Below are positions 36,668 to 43,771 of a stretch of 64,000 nt of DNA, in pieces. Position 1 is the stretch's first letter. Each line of letters begins with the position of its first letter. Made by a program: the position numbers and the translations under genes. Location: the IMG/VR virus record IMGVR_UViG_3300034358_000003. One strand, 5' to 3'. The notes beneath the pieces were generated by a model, which saw only the letters and a list, made by a program, of their open reading frames with translations, was not told the DNA's origin and ran no database searches. This stretch comes from an uncultured virus (IMG/VR IMGVR_UViG_3300034358_000003) (lineage: Duplodnaviria > Heunggongvirae > Uroviricota > Caudoviricetes).

Positions 36668-36993
36668 GCTGCTCTTGCCTCCGTGAAAGTTTGTTGCCAT
36701 ACAGACGTGCTACCCGGCGTACCACCACCCGGTGGAGTGCCATCAGGGCTACCATCAGGACCAAAAGGCTTTGGGCTCTCTGGTGGCTTGGAGCGCGCTC
36801 TTGCACCGTGAAGAATGCCCGGAATCGCCTCTTCCAATGCCGCTGTAACTGGGGTGGACAAGACCCAACAAGATTTTTCTGTTTGGTTGACAGAGAACTG
36901 AGTAAGGCCAGCGTCAACAGAGAAGTTCCAAGCTGCGTTGATCGTTGGGAACGGAAGCATAATCACGTTACTATTTAGTGTAGCCAACTTCAT
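36664..36993 (-). CDS. hypothetical protein with Pro/Gly-rich tail
   Basis: PDGSPDGTPPGGGTPG. Confidence 0.7.
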   Translation of the reverse strand: MKLATLNSNVIMLPFPTINAAWNFSVDAGLTQFSVNQTEKSCWVLSTPVTAALEEAIPGILHGARARSKPPESPKPFGPDGSPDGTPPGGGTPGSTSVWQQTFTEARAA

Positions 36994-37112
36994 TCGTTAT
37001 CACTCCTTTTGTGCTTACGTTTACGACGGTATTTGGTACGGTCGCGTTCAACCTTGGGGATGTTAACACGACGATTCGGTCCTGCCAAGGGGTTTCTGAT
37101 CTTATCACTCAT
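36990..37112 (-). CDS. 40-aa basic peptide (DUF7230-like; ArfA-like tail)
   Basis: RNPLA..VERDRTKYRRKRKHK. Confidence 0.6.
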   Translation of the reverse strand: MSDKIRNPLAGPNRRVNIPKVERDRTKYRRKRKHKRSDNE

Positions 37113-37320
37113 CGAGAATAATCTTCCTGATCCATTGGTGTGTGGCAGAGTCAACCTCATACTGATCATGAGTGCTTGCACTCTCGATGTGGATGATGTA
37201 AGTGGTATCCCCGCTTGGCTGTCTTGCTGCCTGAACACGCACAGACTGCGTGGAGTCACGGGCTTGAACACGCTTCTCCAGTTCATCACACATATTCAGA
37301 ATCTGACCTTCAGTGATCAT
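37105..37320 (-). CDS. hypothetical protein
   Basis: ATGA-coupled. Confidence 0.65.
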   Translation of the reverse strand: MITEGQILNMCDELEKRVQARDSTQSVRVQAARQPSGDTTYIIHIESASTHDQYEVDSATHQWIRKIILDE

Positions 37321-37661
37321 GCCAGTTCAAGCTCCTGTTCTTTTTGAATCTCTTTCTCTTTCAGAGGTGGGAGCGGCATTAGGTACTGTGGTTGGAAGTT
37401 GGCGATACCCGGATTAGCGCTGTAGATCGGTGGAGACGTTTTGCTGGTCACTTTGCAGCCGCTGACATAGACAGTCGGGCCTTTATTTTTGATAACAACG
37501 CTGTCACCCTTTAAATCATAATGGTGTGATACATCATCACCCTCGCTTGGGATTTCTTCAACTGTCACAATCGTACCAATCACATGAGCATTTTTAGGTT
37601 GAAAGCAACCAATGATCATTGCGAGTTGCCCAACCTCAAGCTTCTGATTAAAACCTTCCAT
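37317..37661 (-). CDS. hypothetical protein with SH3-like N-terminus
   Basis: KLEVGQLAMII; own promoter TTGACA..TACAAT (37691-37718). Confidence 0.75.
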   Translation of the reverse strand: MEGFNQKLEVGQLAMIIGCFQPKNAHVIGTIVTVEEIPSEGDDVSHHYDLKGDSVVIKNKGPTVYVSGCKVTSKTSPPIYSANPGIANFQPQYLMPLPPLKEKEIQKEQELELA

Positions 37662-37731
37662 TTCCTTTCCCTCTTGGTTTGTGTTGGCGAATTGTACACC
37701 ACTCTCATCATTTGTCAACCCTCACAATGAG

Positions 37732-37763
37732 AAAAGCCCCAACCGATGAGGGTCAGGGCTTTA
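37732..37763 (-). terminator. intrinsic terminator closing the coiled-coil/ncRNA cassette
   Basis: AAAGCCC..GGGCTTT stem plus T-tract on the minus strand. Confidence 0.75.
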
Positions 37764-37770
37764 ATAGGGT

Positions 37771-38116
37771 TCATGCTAACGACAGCTCGGTGCATTGCCA
37801 GCGTCCGTCACGCAGATACGTCTCAACGTGTATCCAAGATTTGGAGAAGCTTTGTATCGATACTGGTTACAACTTTAAAAGGTTGAAGTGGCTCATCTAG
37901 CCTCAACGGCTAACGTCCCTTAATCTTTTAGCTTTACACCTTTAAGCGTTGATCTTTGATCGTAGTCAATGCAGGAGTTAGGCGCCGTACAGCGACGGAC
38001 GCCAAACAATCATATGCAAATGATTAGATTTGGTTAAGATACCATTCTTAATAGGCTCCCCGGATATACCCCCGAGGAATGGGTTGCGTGAATTTAGGCA
38101 ATTCGTCGCAGCATGA
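37771..38116 (-). ncRNA. candidate ~345-nt structured ncRNA
   Basis: No minus-strand ORF; the two ends are complementary; several long-range and local helices; G-U pairs favour the minus strand; AAAG repeats. Confidence 0.65.
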
Positions 38117-38127
38117 GAAAACTTGTG

Positions 38128-38745
38128 TTACGCTTCGATTACAGTCTTGGCGTTAGCCTCGCTCAGAGCGAAGTCAACCTCAAACAAGAAACCGTTGATG
38201 TCGTTTTCCAGCTTCAGGATCACTGCTTCCAGCCCGTTAGGGTCAAGAGGTACGGTGATGTTCGAAGCGGTGTATGGCTTGCTGACAGCTTCCATTTCTT
38301 CTTGTGTGGCCTTGCGTTCCTTACCAACAGCAGCCTGAAGCATGGTGTCGATACGGCCTTGCATTTGAACGTTGTTGTGTTCAACCACCTTACGGGCTTG
38401 ATTCAACTGTTGGGTCAGTACAGACAGAAGAGCACGCTCTTTGTCGATGCTACCTTTGCGTTCAATAGCCTCAGCTACAGTCAGCTCTTTACCGTTGATC
38501 GTGACAGTAGCCACAGAGTTCGAACGGATGATTGCAGTCTTGACTGCCTGACGGCGAGAGATCAGGTCTTGAACCGATTGAAGGTTTGCCTTCAACTGAT
38601 TTTGAGCATCCTGAAGTGCAACACCATTAGTGGTTTTGCCACCAACAGTAACTGTTACGAAGACGCCCTGTCGAGTGGCTTTCTCGATGCGGTCGTTCAG
38701 GGATTTTACTTCAGCCAAAGCGCGTGTAATGGAAATCTGTGCCAT
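38128..38745 (-). CDS. coiled-coil protein (DIP1984/DUF6847-like)
   Basis: ISITRALAEVKSLNDRIEKA..TVAEAIERK..EVDFALSEANAKT; family recalled from memory. Confidence 0.7.
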   Translation of the reverse strand: MAQISITRALAEVKSLNDRIEKATRQGVFVTVTVGGKTTNGVALQDAQNQLKANLQSVQDLISRRQAVKTAIIRSNSVATVTINGKELTVAEAIERKGSIDKERALLSVLTQQLNQARKVVEHNNVQMQGRIDTMLQAAVGKERKATQEEMEAVSKPYTASNITVPLDPNGLEAVILKLENDINGFLFEVDFALSEANAKTVIEA

Positions 38746-38777
38746 TTTGATTCTCTCCTTTGATATTTGATTTGGTC

Positions 38778-38805
38778 ATTGTAGCAGGTTTTCACCTGCT
38801 GTCAA
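38778..38805 (-). promoter_or_regulatory. sigma70 promoter with palindromic spacer
   Basis: TTGACA-16-TACAAT; AGCAGGT/ACCTGCT inverted repeat. Confidence 0.7.
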
Positions 38806-38809
38806 GCAT

Positions 38810-39133
38810 TTATTTTGCGTTGTTCAGAATAGCGAAAGGGTTGTCGTCAATCCAGATGGCGACCTTCACACCTTGCTTTTCCATGTATGTTTGTTTTGCT
38901 TGGCCTGAAGTGTAATACACCTTGAAACCCTTGTCAACCAGAAATTGTAAATCTTCTGGATATGTTTTTGGGGTTCGCCATGTACACACAACCACGTGAT
39001 AACCACCCTTCTCCAAGGCCAGCATAACCTGTAGCCACAGAGGCTCATTATCACTGATCGTCTCATCATAATCTACTGCTATGACTGGTGCGTCTCTGCC
39101 CATGAAGTCAGTGCGTGCCCAAGGGTCTATCAT
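38810..39133 (-). CDS. HAD-superfamily phosphatase
   Basis: AVDYDETI (DxD), CTWR, WIDDNP. Confidence 0.8.
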   Translation of the reverse strand: MIDPWARTDFMGRDAPVIAVDYDETISDNEPLWLQVMLALEKGGYHVVVCTWRTPKTYPEDLQFLVDKGFKVYYTSGQAKQTYMEKQGVKVAIWIDDNPFAILNNAK

Positions 39134-39327
39134 CTTTCCTCCGTGAAGTACACAATTGTGTTGCAGCCTTGAAGCAGGCACTTGTGGGTATAGTACGACT
39201 CACGGTAATCACTTTCGTGAGTGAGGTCTTTACGCTGTGCACGGTACTCACTCTTACACTTGCTACAACAACCAGTATAGAACTTCTCAGCAGGAAGTTC
39301 ACCTGTTCTTGTCATCACCAGAGTCAT
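39130..39327 (-). CDS. zinc-ribbon protein
   Basis: CSKC..CLLQGC; similar to 41589-41777. Confidence 0.65.
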   Translation of the reverse strand: MTLVMTRTGELPAEKFYTGCCSKCKSEYRAQRKDLTHESDYRESYYTHKCLLQGCNTIVYFTEER

Positions 39328-39518
39328 TGGAACCTCCGCATAGCGTTCTCAAGCTCACGGACAATACCATCACTGGATACTTGACGCAAGACACGTGTGG
39401 CGAACTCACTGCCAGTCTCATGAACTGCTGGGTGCATGCTATAGCCCAAGTCCTGCAATACAGATGTACGCTCGCTAACACGCAGAGCTTTGAATGCCGC
39501 CATCAGTTCGTTGTTCAT
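39324..39518 (-). CDS. hypothetical protein
   Basis: Start MNNEL, ATGA-coupled. Confidence 0.65.
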   Translation of the reverse strand: MNNELMAAFKALRVSERTSVLQDLGYSMHPAVHETGSEFATRVLRQVSSDGIVRELENAMRRFQ

Positions 39519-39727
39519 TTGTATTCTCCATTCCTGAATTTGAGTACCAAGTGCATTCTCATACACTCATATCCAATCGGCATCCCGATATCACTGTGCA
39601 GCACCTTACCACTTCCTCCTGCTCTGATGCAAGCCATTTTCTGATCATCAAAGTGATTTGCACGTATGATGAACATGGAACCAAACATTGCAGAAGCGAA
39701 CAACACCAAACCGATTGTAAATTTCAC
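39515..39727 (-). CDS. small membrane protein
   Basis: N-terminal TM segment. Confidence 0.6.
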   Translation of the reverse strand: MKFTIGLVLFASAMFGSMFIIRANHFDDQKMACIRAGGSGKVLHSDIGMPIGYECMRMHLVLKFRNGEYK

Positions 39728-39764
39728 ACGTATACCCTGAACAGATCGTGCATTTCGTTGGTCA

Positions 39765-40058
39765 TTATTGCTCCTTCGCCCATTGGACAGCTCGTTTGAT
39801 TATGTCACCATGGCATGGTAGGGGTGCACAATAACAGGCGAGCCGTTTTCCGTCAAGCGCTACTAGCATTTCGATTGTGATTTCTCCTGCCTTGATCTTC
39901 TTCCAGAGCGTCCTTCTATAGAGAGTGCAGACATAGCCCCTACCTAATTCGTTCTTCATCTTATGGGGATTACCCCAGATGCTGCCTCTCCCAATGTACA
40001 CAATGTCAGGATCATTTATATTAACAGACATGTGTTTTCTGTTCACAACTTGGCACAT
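39765..40058 (-). CDS. DUF4326-like protein
   Basis: VYIGRGSIWGNP..LDGKRLACYCAPLPCHGD. Confidence 0.85.
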   Translation of the reverse strand: MCQVVNRKHMSVNINDPDIVYIGRGSIWGNPHKMKNELGRGYVCTLYRRTLWKKIKAGEITIEMLVALDGKRLACYCAPLPCHGDIIKRAVQWAKEQ

Positions 40059-40254
40059 ATCTTGCTCCTATCCAAAATGAGTTTCGTATTGTCGAGATAA
40101 ACCTATCCCAAGGTTTGCCATACGAATTGAATCGCCTCGACATGCCTTGAGGTTTATCCTGTGCTATCCAAAATTGAGATCGCAAGCCGGTGTCATGGGA
40201 CACTATAGATTGAGAGCCTTCCCCGTGAGGGTCATCGCTGCACTGTTCTCTCAT
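40021..40254 (-). CDS. hypothetical protein
   Basis: ORF only; weak support. Confidence 0.4.
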   Translation of the reverse strand: MREQCSDDPHGEGSQSIVSHDTGLRSQFWIAQDKPQGMSRRFNSYGKPWDRFISTIRNSFWIGARYVPSCEQKTHVC

Positions 40255-40350
40255 TCAACCTCAGTGGCCCCAACAGCTTACCTCTTCGTAGGGCGTGTTC
40301 CCGCAGGTCGGTGAGTGCTTTATAGACATGTCTCCCCTGCGACGTGATAA

Positions 40351-40410
40351 ATAGTAGCACGGAAACTTTTTCTGTCAAGGGGTTGACTCCATAAGATTTT
40401 GCTGTATTCT
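40351..40410. promoter_or_regulatory. back-to-back divergent sigma70 promoters
   Basis: Minus: TTGACA..TACTAT; plus: TTGACT..TATTCT. Confidence 0.65.
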
Positions 40411-40444
40411 CTGCCACCTCAAACACAAACAAGGAGATTTACAA

Positions 40445-41587
40445 ATGACTGAACGTTCTCTAGCTCGGGTTGTTCTGGTTGAAGAGTTGCTGCCAATCGA
40501 AGGCGCTGACCGTATTGAACTGGCTATCATCGGTGGCTGGCAGGTGGTTGTGCAGAAGGGCTTGTACGAGCCAATGCAGACTAAGGCTGTCTACTTCGAA
40601 GTGGACTCGCTGCTTGATACTGAGCGCCCATACTTCAACTCGCTGAGCACTCTGTCGAGCAAGCTTCTGCATGACGTTGATGGCCGGACACATGCACGAA
40701 TCAAGACCATGAAGCTGCGCAAGCAACTCTCTCAGGGCTATATGATCCCACTGTCTGAGACTGGCTTCAATGGTCAAGTTGGTGACGACATGACTAAGCA
40801 TCTCGGCGTAATCAAATACGAGAAGGCTGAAGAAGCGAGCATGAATAACACTGGTGGCATGGGCGTTAAGACTGGTACTTCTGCTTTGGGCTTTCCAAAG
40901 TTCGTCCCAAAGACTGACCAAACCCGTGTGCAAAACATCACTAACCTGTACTTGAAGGCTGTTGCCGATGGAGAAGAATTTGAAGAATCTTTCAAGCTTG
41001 ACGGAAGCTCTCTTACTGCGTTTATTCGTGACGGGGTGGCTGGTGTGGCTAGCCGTAACGTGGGCTTTCGGATGGAAGACGAAAAGCGTAGTTTCCTTTC
41101 TACTCTTTCTCGCTTCGTTGATCATGTGCGGAATCGTGGTCTACGTGCTGCAAAGTGGGAGCGTGTAATCAAGAAGGACGATAACACATTCACACAGATG
41201 GCAACTGAAGCTGGTTTGATTGAAGCGATTCGTCGTGATGGTCGTAACATCGCTATTCAAGGTGAGATGTGTGGTCCGTCTATCCAGAAGAACTTTGAAG
41301 GTCTTGACAAGAACACCTTCTTCTGCTACGACGTATACCTGATCGACGAACAGCGTTACATGCTGCCAGAAGAGCGAATTGAGTTCTGCTCTGATCAGGG
41401 CGTAAAGCATGTTCCAGTTAACTTCACTGGTAAGCTTCAAGCCCCAGATGTTGCTGGTGTGCTGACACGTGCTGACGGCCCAAGTGGTTTGAAGGGTAAA
41501 TTCCGTGAAGGGTTTGTCTACAAGAGCACCAAGCGTGACTTCTCGTTTAAGGCTATCAGCAATGCATACTTGCTGAAGGAGGAATGA
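40445..41587 (+). CDS. RNA ligase (Rnl2/DRB0094-like)
   Basis: N-terminal OB-like IEGADRIE; FPKFVPKTDQTRVQN; KLDGSS; QGEMCGP; REGFV; SFKAISN. Confidence 0.9.
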   Translation: MTERSLARVVLVEELLPIEGADRIELAIIGGWQVVVQKGLYEPMQTKAVYFEVDSLLDTERPYFNSLSTLSSKLLHDVDGRTHARIKTMKLRKQLSQGYMIPLSETGFNGQVGDDMTKHLGVIKYEKAEEASMNNTGGMGVKTGTSALGFPKFVPKTDQTRVQNITNLYLKAVADGEEFEESFKLDGSSLTAFIRDGVAGVASRNVGFRMEDEKRSFLSTLSRFVDHVRNRGLRAAKWERVIKKDDNTFTQMATEAGLIEAIRRDGRNIAIQGEMCGPSIQKNFEGLDKNTFFCYDVYLIDEQRYMLPEERIEFCSDQGVKHVPVNFTGKLQAPDVAGVLTRADGPSGLKGKFREGFVYKSTKRDFSFKAISNAYLLKEE

Positions 41588-41588
41588 T

Positions 41589-41777
41589 ATGGTTTCGGTT
41601 GTACAAGCTGCGCCTGCTAAGCGTGTTACTTGTTATCACTGCCGTAGTGTACTTGAGTACAGCTACTCTGACATTACTGAAGAGTACGTGCGTGACTATG
41701 GTGGTGGCGGTGATAATTACTATCGCATCATTTGCCCAGTTTGCTCACTGAAGAATAATGTAGGCAAGTGGAAATAG
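41589..41777 (+). CDS. zinc-ribbon protein
   Basis: CYHC..CPVC. Confidence 0.75.
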   Translation: MVSVVQAAPAKRVTCYHCRSVLEYSYSDITEEYVRDYGGGGDNYYRIICPVCSLKNNVGKWK

Positions 41778-41786
41778 AGTAGAAAA

Positions 41787-41822
41787 CAAAAAGCCCCGGC
41801 CAATTACTTGGTACGGGGCTTC
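41787..41822. terminator. terminator between convergent genes
   Basis: AAGCCCCG..CGGGGCTT. Confidence 0.7.
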
Positions 41823-42127
41823 ATTCTTTCCCTAACATCGTCAATGTCACGTTTAATCCCTTTAACGTCATCGTCCAGCAAGTCGGTTTTCTTGTTGCTG
41901 ATGAACTGCAAAGCAGTTAGTTGTTCTTGCAGGTTGTTAACTTTCGACTCGTACTTCCTATCAAGGTTCTGTAGTTGTCTTTGGTAATCCTGCTTTGCTA
42001 CTTCCAACTCTGACTGACCTGTTTTATTATTATATACAGGGAAGGCCAGCAGACACATGCAAACAAGGAGAGCTGCCAGAAGACCGCCAACGGCAGTAAT
42101 TAGAGGCCATTCCGTTTTCCTTGTCAT
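41804..42127 (-). CDS. TM plus coiled-coil protein (lysis-associated)
   Basis: N-terminal TM, heptads. Confidence 0.7.
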   Translation of the reverse strand: MTRKTEWPLITAVGGLLAALLVCMCLLAFPVYNNKTGQSELEVAKQDYQRQLQNLDRKYESKVNNLQEQLTALQFISNKKTDLLDDDVKGIKRDIDDVRERMKPRTK

Positions 42128-42140
42128 GTCACACCTTCTC

Positions 42141-42437
42141 TTATCTTCTTAGTTTAGCGTCCTCAAGTCTTGTCATAACTCGTTCTAGATATTTGTTCGT
42201 GATCTGCTGTTCAGCACGCAGACTCCCGATCTTGGTATCCATTTCAGAGCCAAGCCTGTTGATAGCGATATTCATCTTCTCTTCGGTTACAGATGTTGCT
42301 TGTAGCGCGTAGAGTCTATCGTCAAGCCTTGTGATCTGAGATTGTTGGTATCCGACAACACCAACACAAATCATCAGCAAAGCCCCGGCTACATAATTGA
42401 GTACGGCCTTCACCATATCATTTGTTGTTGTTGCCAT
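42141..42437 (-). CDS. TM plus coiled-coil protein (lysis-associated)
   Basis: N-terminal TM, heptads. Confidence 0.7.
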   Translation of the reverse strand: MATTTNDMVKAVLNYVAGALLMICVGVVGYQQSQITRLDDRLYALQATSVTEEKMNIAINRLGSEMDTKIGSLRAEQQITNKYLERVMTRLEDAKLRR

Positions 42438-42678
42438 AAAGTTTCTCCTGCTGTTTTAGCCAGTCTGTGTACGACTGGATTCTGTTATTGCATTTCCATA
42501 CTTCATATGTGTTGGTCACATAACCGTGAGCCAATGCACGAACAGTGTCTTCCGTAACACGTTCTGGTTTGCACAACTCCAAGTATTCACTTGGCGGGCG
42601 TAGCACAACCGTCTTTGTCACCGTAACAGTAGGCTGCGTCGAGCAAGCGCATAGTGTCAGGGCTAAGGCGATCATCAT
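42418..42678 (-). CDS. o-spanin (Rz1-like lipoprotein)
   Basis: LCAC lipobox; PPSEYLELC; overlaps the 3' end of the i-spanin. Confidence 0.8.
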   Translation of the reverse strand: MMIALALTLCACSTQPTVTVTKTVVLRPPSEYLELCKPERVTEDTVRALAHGYVTNTYEVWKCNNRIQSYTDWLKQQEKLYGNNNK

Positions 42679-43012
42679 CAGCAAAGCTCTGAGGCTTCGT
42701 AGGAGCTGCATTAGCTTTCTCCTTGATAGTCAGTGTGGGTAGGGCTAGGATCGAGTCACCAGTCGTTGTCTGTGCTTGCTCCAGTGCATGCTGTTCAGCG
42801 TAGTATTTGTTAAGGCTGTCAACCGTAATCAAACAAGATGCTTCTGCATCCTTCTTAGCCTGTAGATTTGTCTCAGCCGCTGTACGGTAAGTCTGCACTT
42901 CAAGGGCCATACTCTGTAGCTGTTTGTATTCATAGTAGGCGAACCCACCACACCCAATTGCAATCGTAAGCAAAATAGCTGCGATATAATTAAGCATGGC
43001 AGTGATCCACAT
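42587..43012 (-). CDS. i-spanin (Rz-like)
   Basis: N-terminal TM plus periplasmic helices; follows the holin. Confidence 0.75.
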   Translation of the reverse strand: MWITAMLNYIAAILLTIAIGCGGFAYYEYKQLQSMALEVQTYRTAAETNLQAKKDAEASCLITVDSLNKYYAEQHALEQAQTTTGDSILALPTLTIKEKANAAPTKPQSFADDDRLSPDTMRLLDAAYCYGDKDGCATPAK

Positions 43013-43220
43013 GTTCCATGTCTTCTAATTGTTCGTTGCCAAACTTACCAATAGCCCAGATTGCTCCGAACACAGCGGCGTTACCTACAAGCACAGGGGT
43101 TGTCAGCGACCCAGAGAAGACCCCAAGTACAGCGAATGCTGCTGTGGCGATTGCAATCATAGCGTTTGTTGCCATAACATAAGAAGACATATGCTGCTTC
43201 AAGTGTGCTTTGATATCCAT
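42990..43220 (-). CDS. holin
   Basis: Two TM segments; coupled to the endolysin. Confidence 0.7.
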   Translation of the reverse strand: MDIKAHLKQHMSSYVMATNAMIAIATAAFAVLGVFSGSLTTPVLVGNAAVFGAIWAIGKFGNEQLEDMEHVDHCHA

Positions 43221-43771
43221 TATTTTACTCCAGACATTACGTCGATAAAGTCGCCATCTTTGTAGGAGTCGAAAATCCTATTCGCTTCATCAATGGCTTG
43301 TTTGTTATTCCCAAGGCAAACTTCCATCTCAGCCTTTCTTCGGTTAGTTAGTCCTTGAACTGTCTTACCACCAGCCTTGTTATACTTCATCAGAAACTGA
43401 CAAGCTTGTACAGGCTTACCTTCGTTGAGAAGTTTAAGTGGTGTCCCTCTTTGCCAAGTTCCTTCACCTACGTTATACACAAAAGAAGTGAATGCAGCTT
43501 CTTGACCAACGGTCATTTCAACCTTCACATACTTCTTCATTTTTGTGTTGTAGTTGACAAGTTCTTGAGCAAGTTCGTCAGTACACTCATCATCAGTCTT
43601 AGGGCGAGTGCGATCAACGTTGTTAGTGTTCCCATAACACTGTGTCCAAACCCCAACGATGTCCTTATAAGCTACGTTCTCTTTACCTTCCCAAGGGGCG
43701 ATCAAAGTGCCCCCTGCAAGGATCAGAGAAGCAGACAGCCCTACGGCTGCCAGTCTCTGTTTAATACTCAT
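43220..43771 (-). CDS. endolysin, GH24 lysozyme (probable SAR type)
   Basis: Gly/Ala-rich N-terminal anchor; WEG..AYKDIVGVWTQCYG catalytic pattern; GLTNRRKAE. Confidence 0.92.
   Translation of the reverse strand: MSIKQRLAAVGLSASLILAGGTLIAPWEGKENVAYKDIVGVWTQCYGNTNNVDRTRPKTDDECTDELAQELVNYNTKMKKYVKVEMTVGQEAAFTSFVYNVGEGTWQRGTPLKLLNEGKPVQACQFLMKYNKAGGKTVQGLTNRRKAEMEVCLGNNKQAIDEANRIFDSYKDGDFIDVMSGVK

Noticed and set aside
37679..37900. 73-aa plus-strand ORF within the candidate RNA
   Set aside because: No RBS, crosses a promoter and a terminator, and runs opposite to local transcription
37771..38116. tRNA cluster, tmRNA or group I intron
   Set aside because: No cloverleaf, T-loop or CCA ends, and the flanking genes are intact rather than split
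40232..40432. 66-aa minus-strand ORF
   Set aside because: Overlaps both divergent promoters; probably spurious
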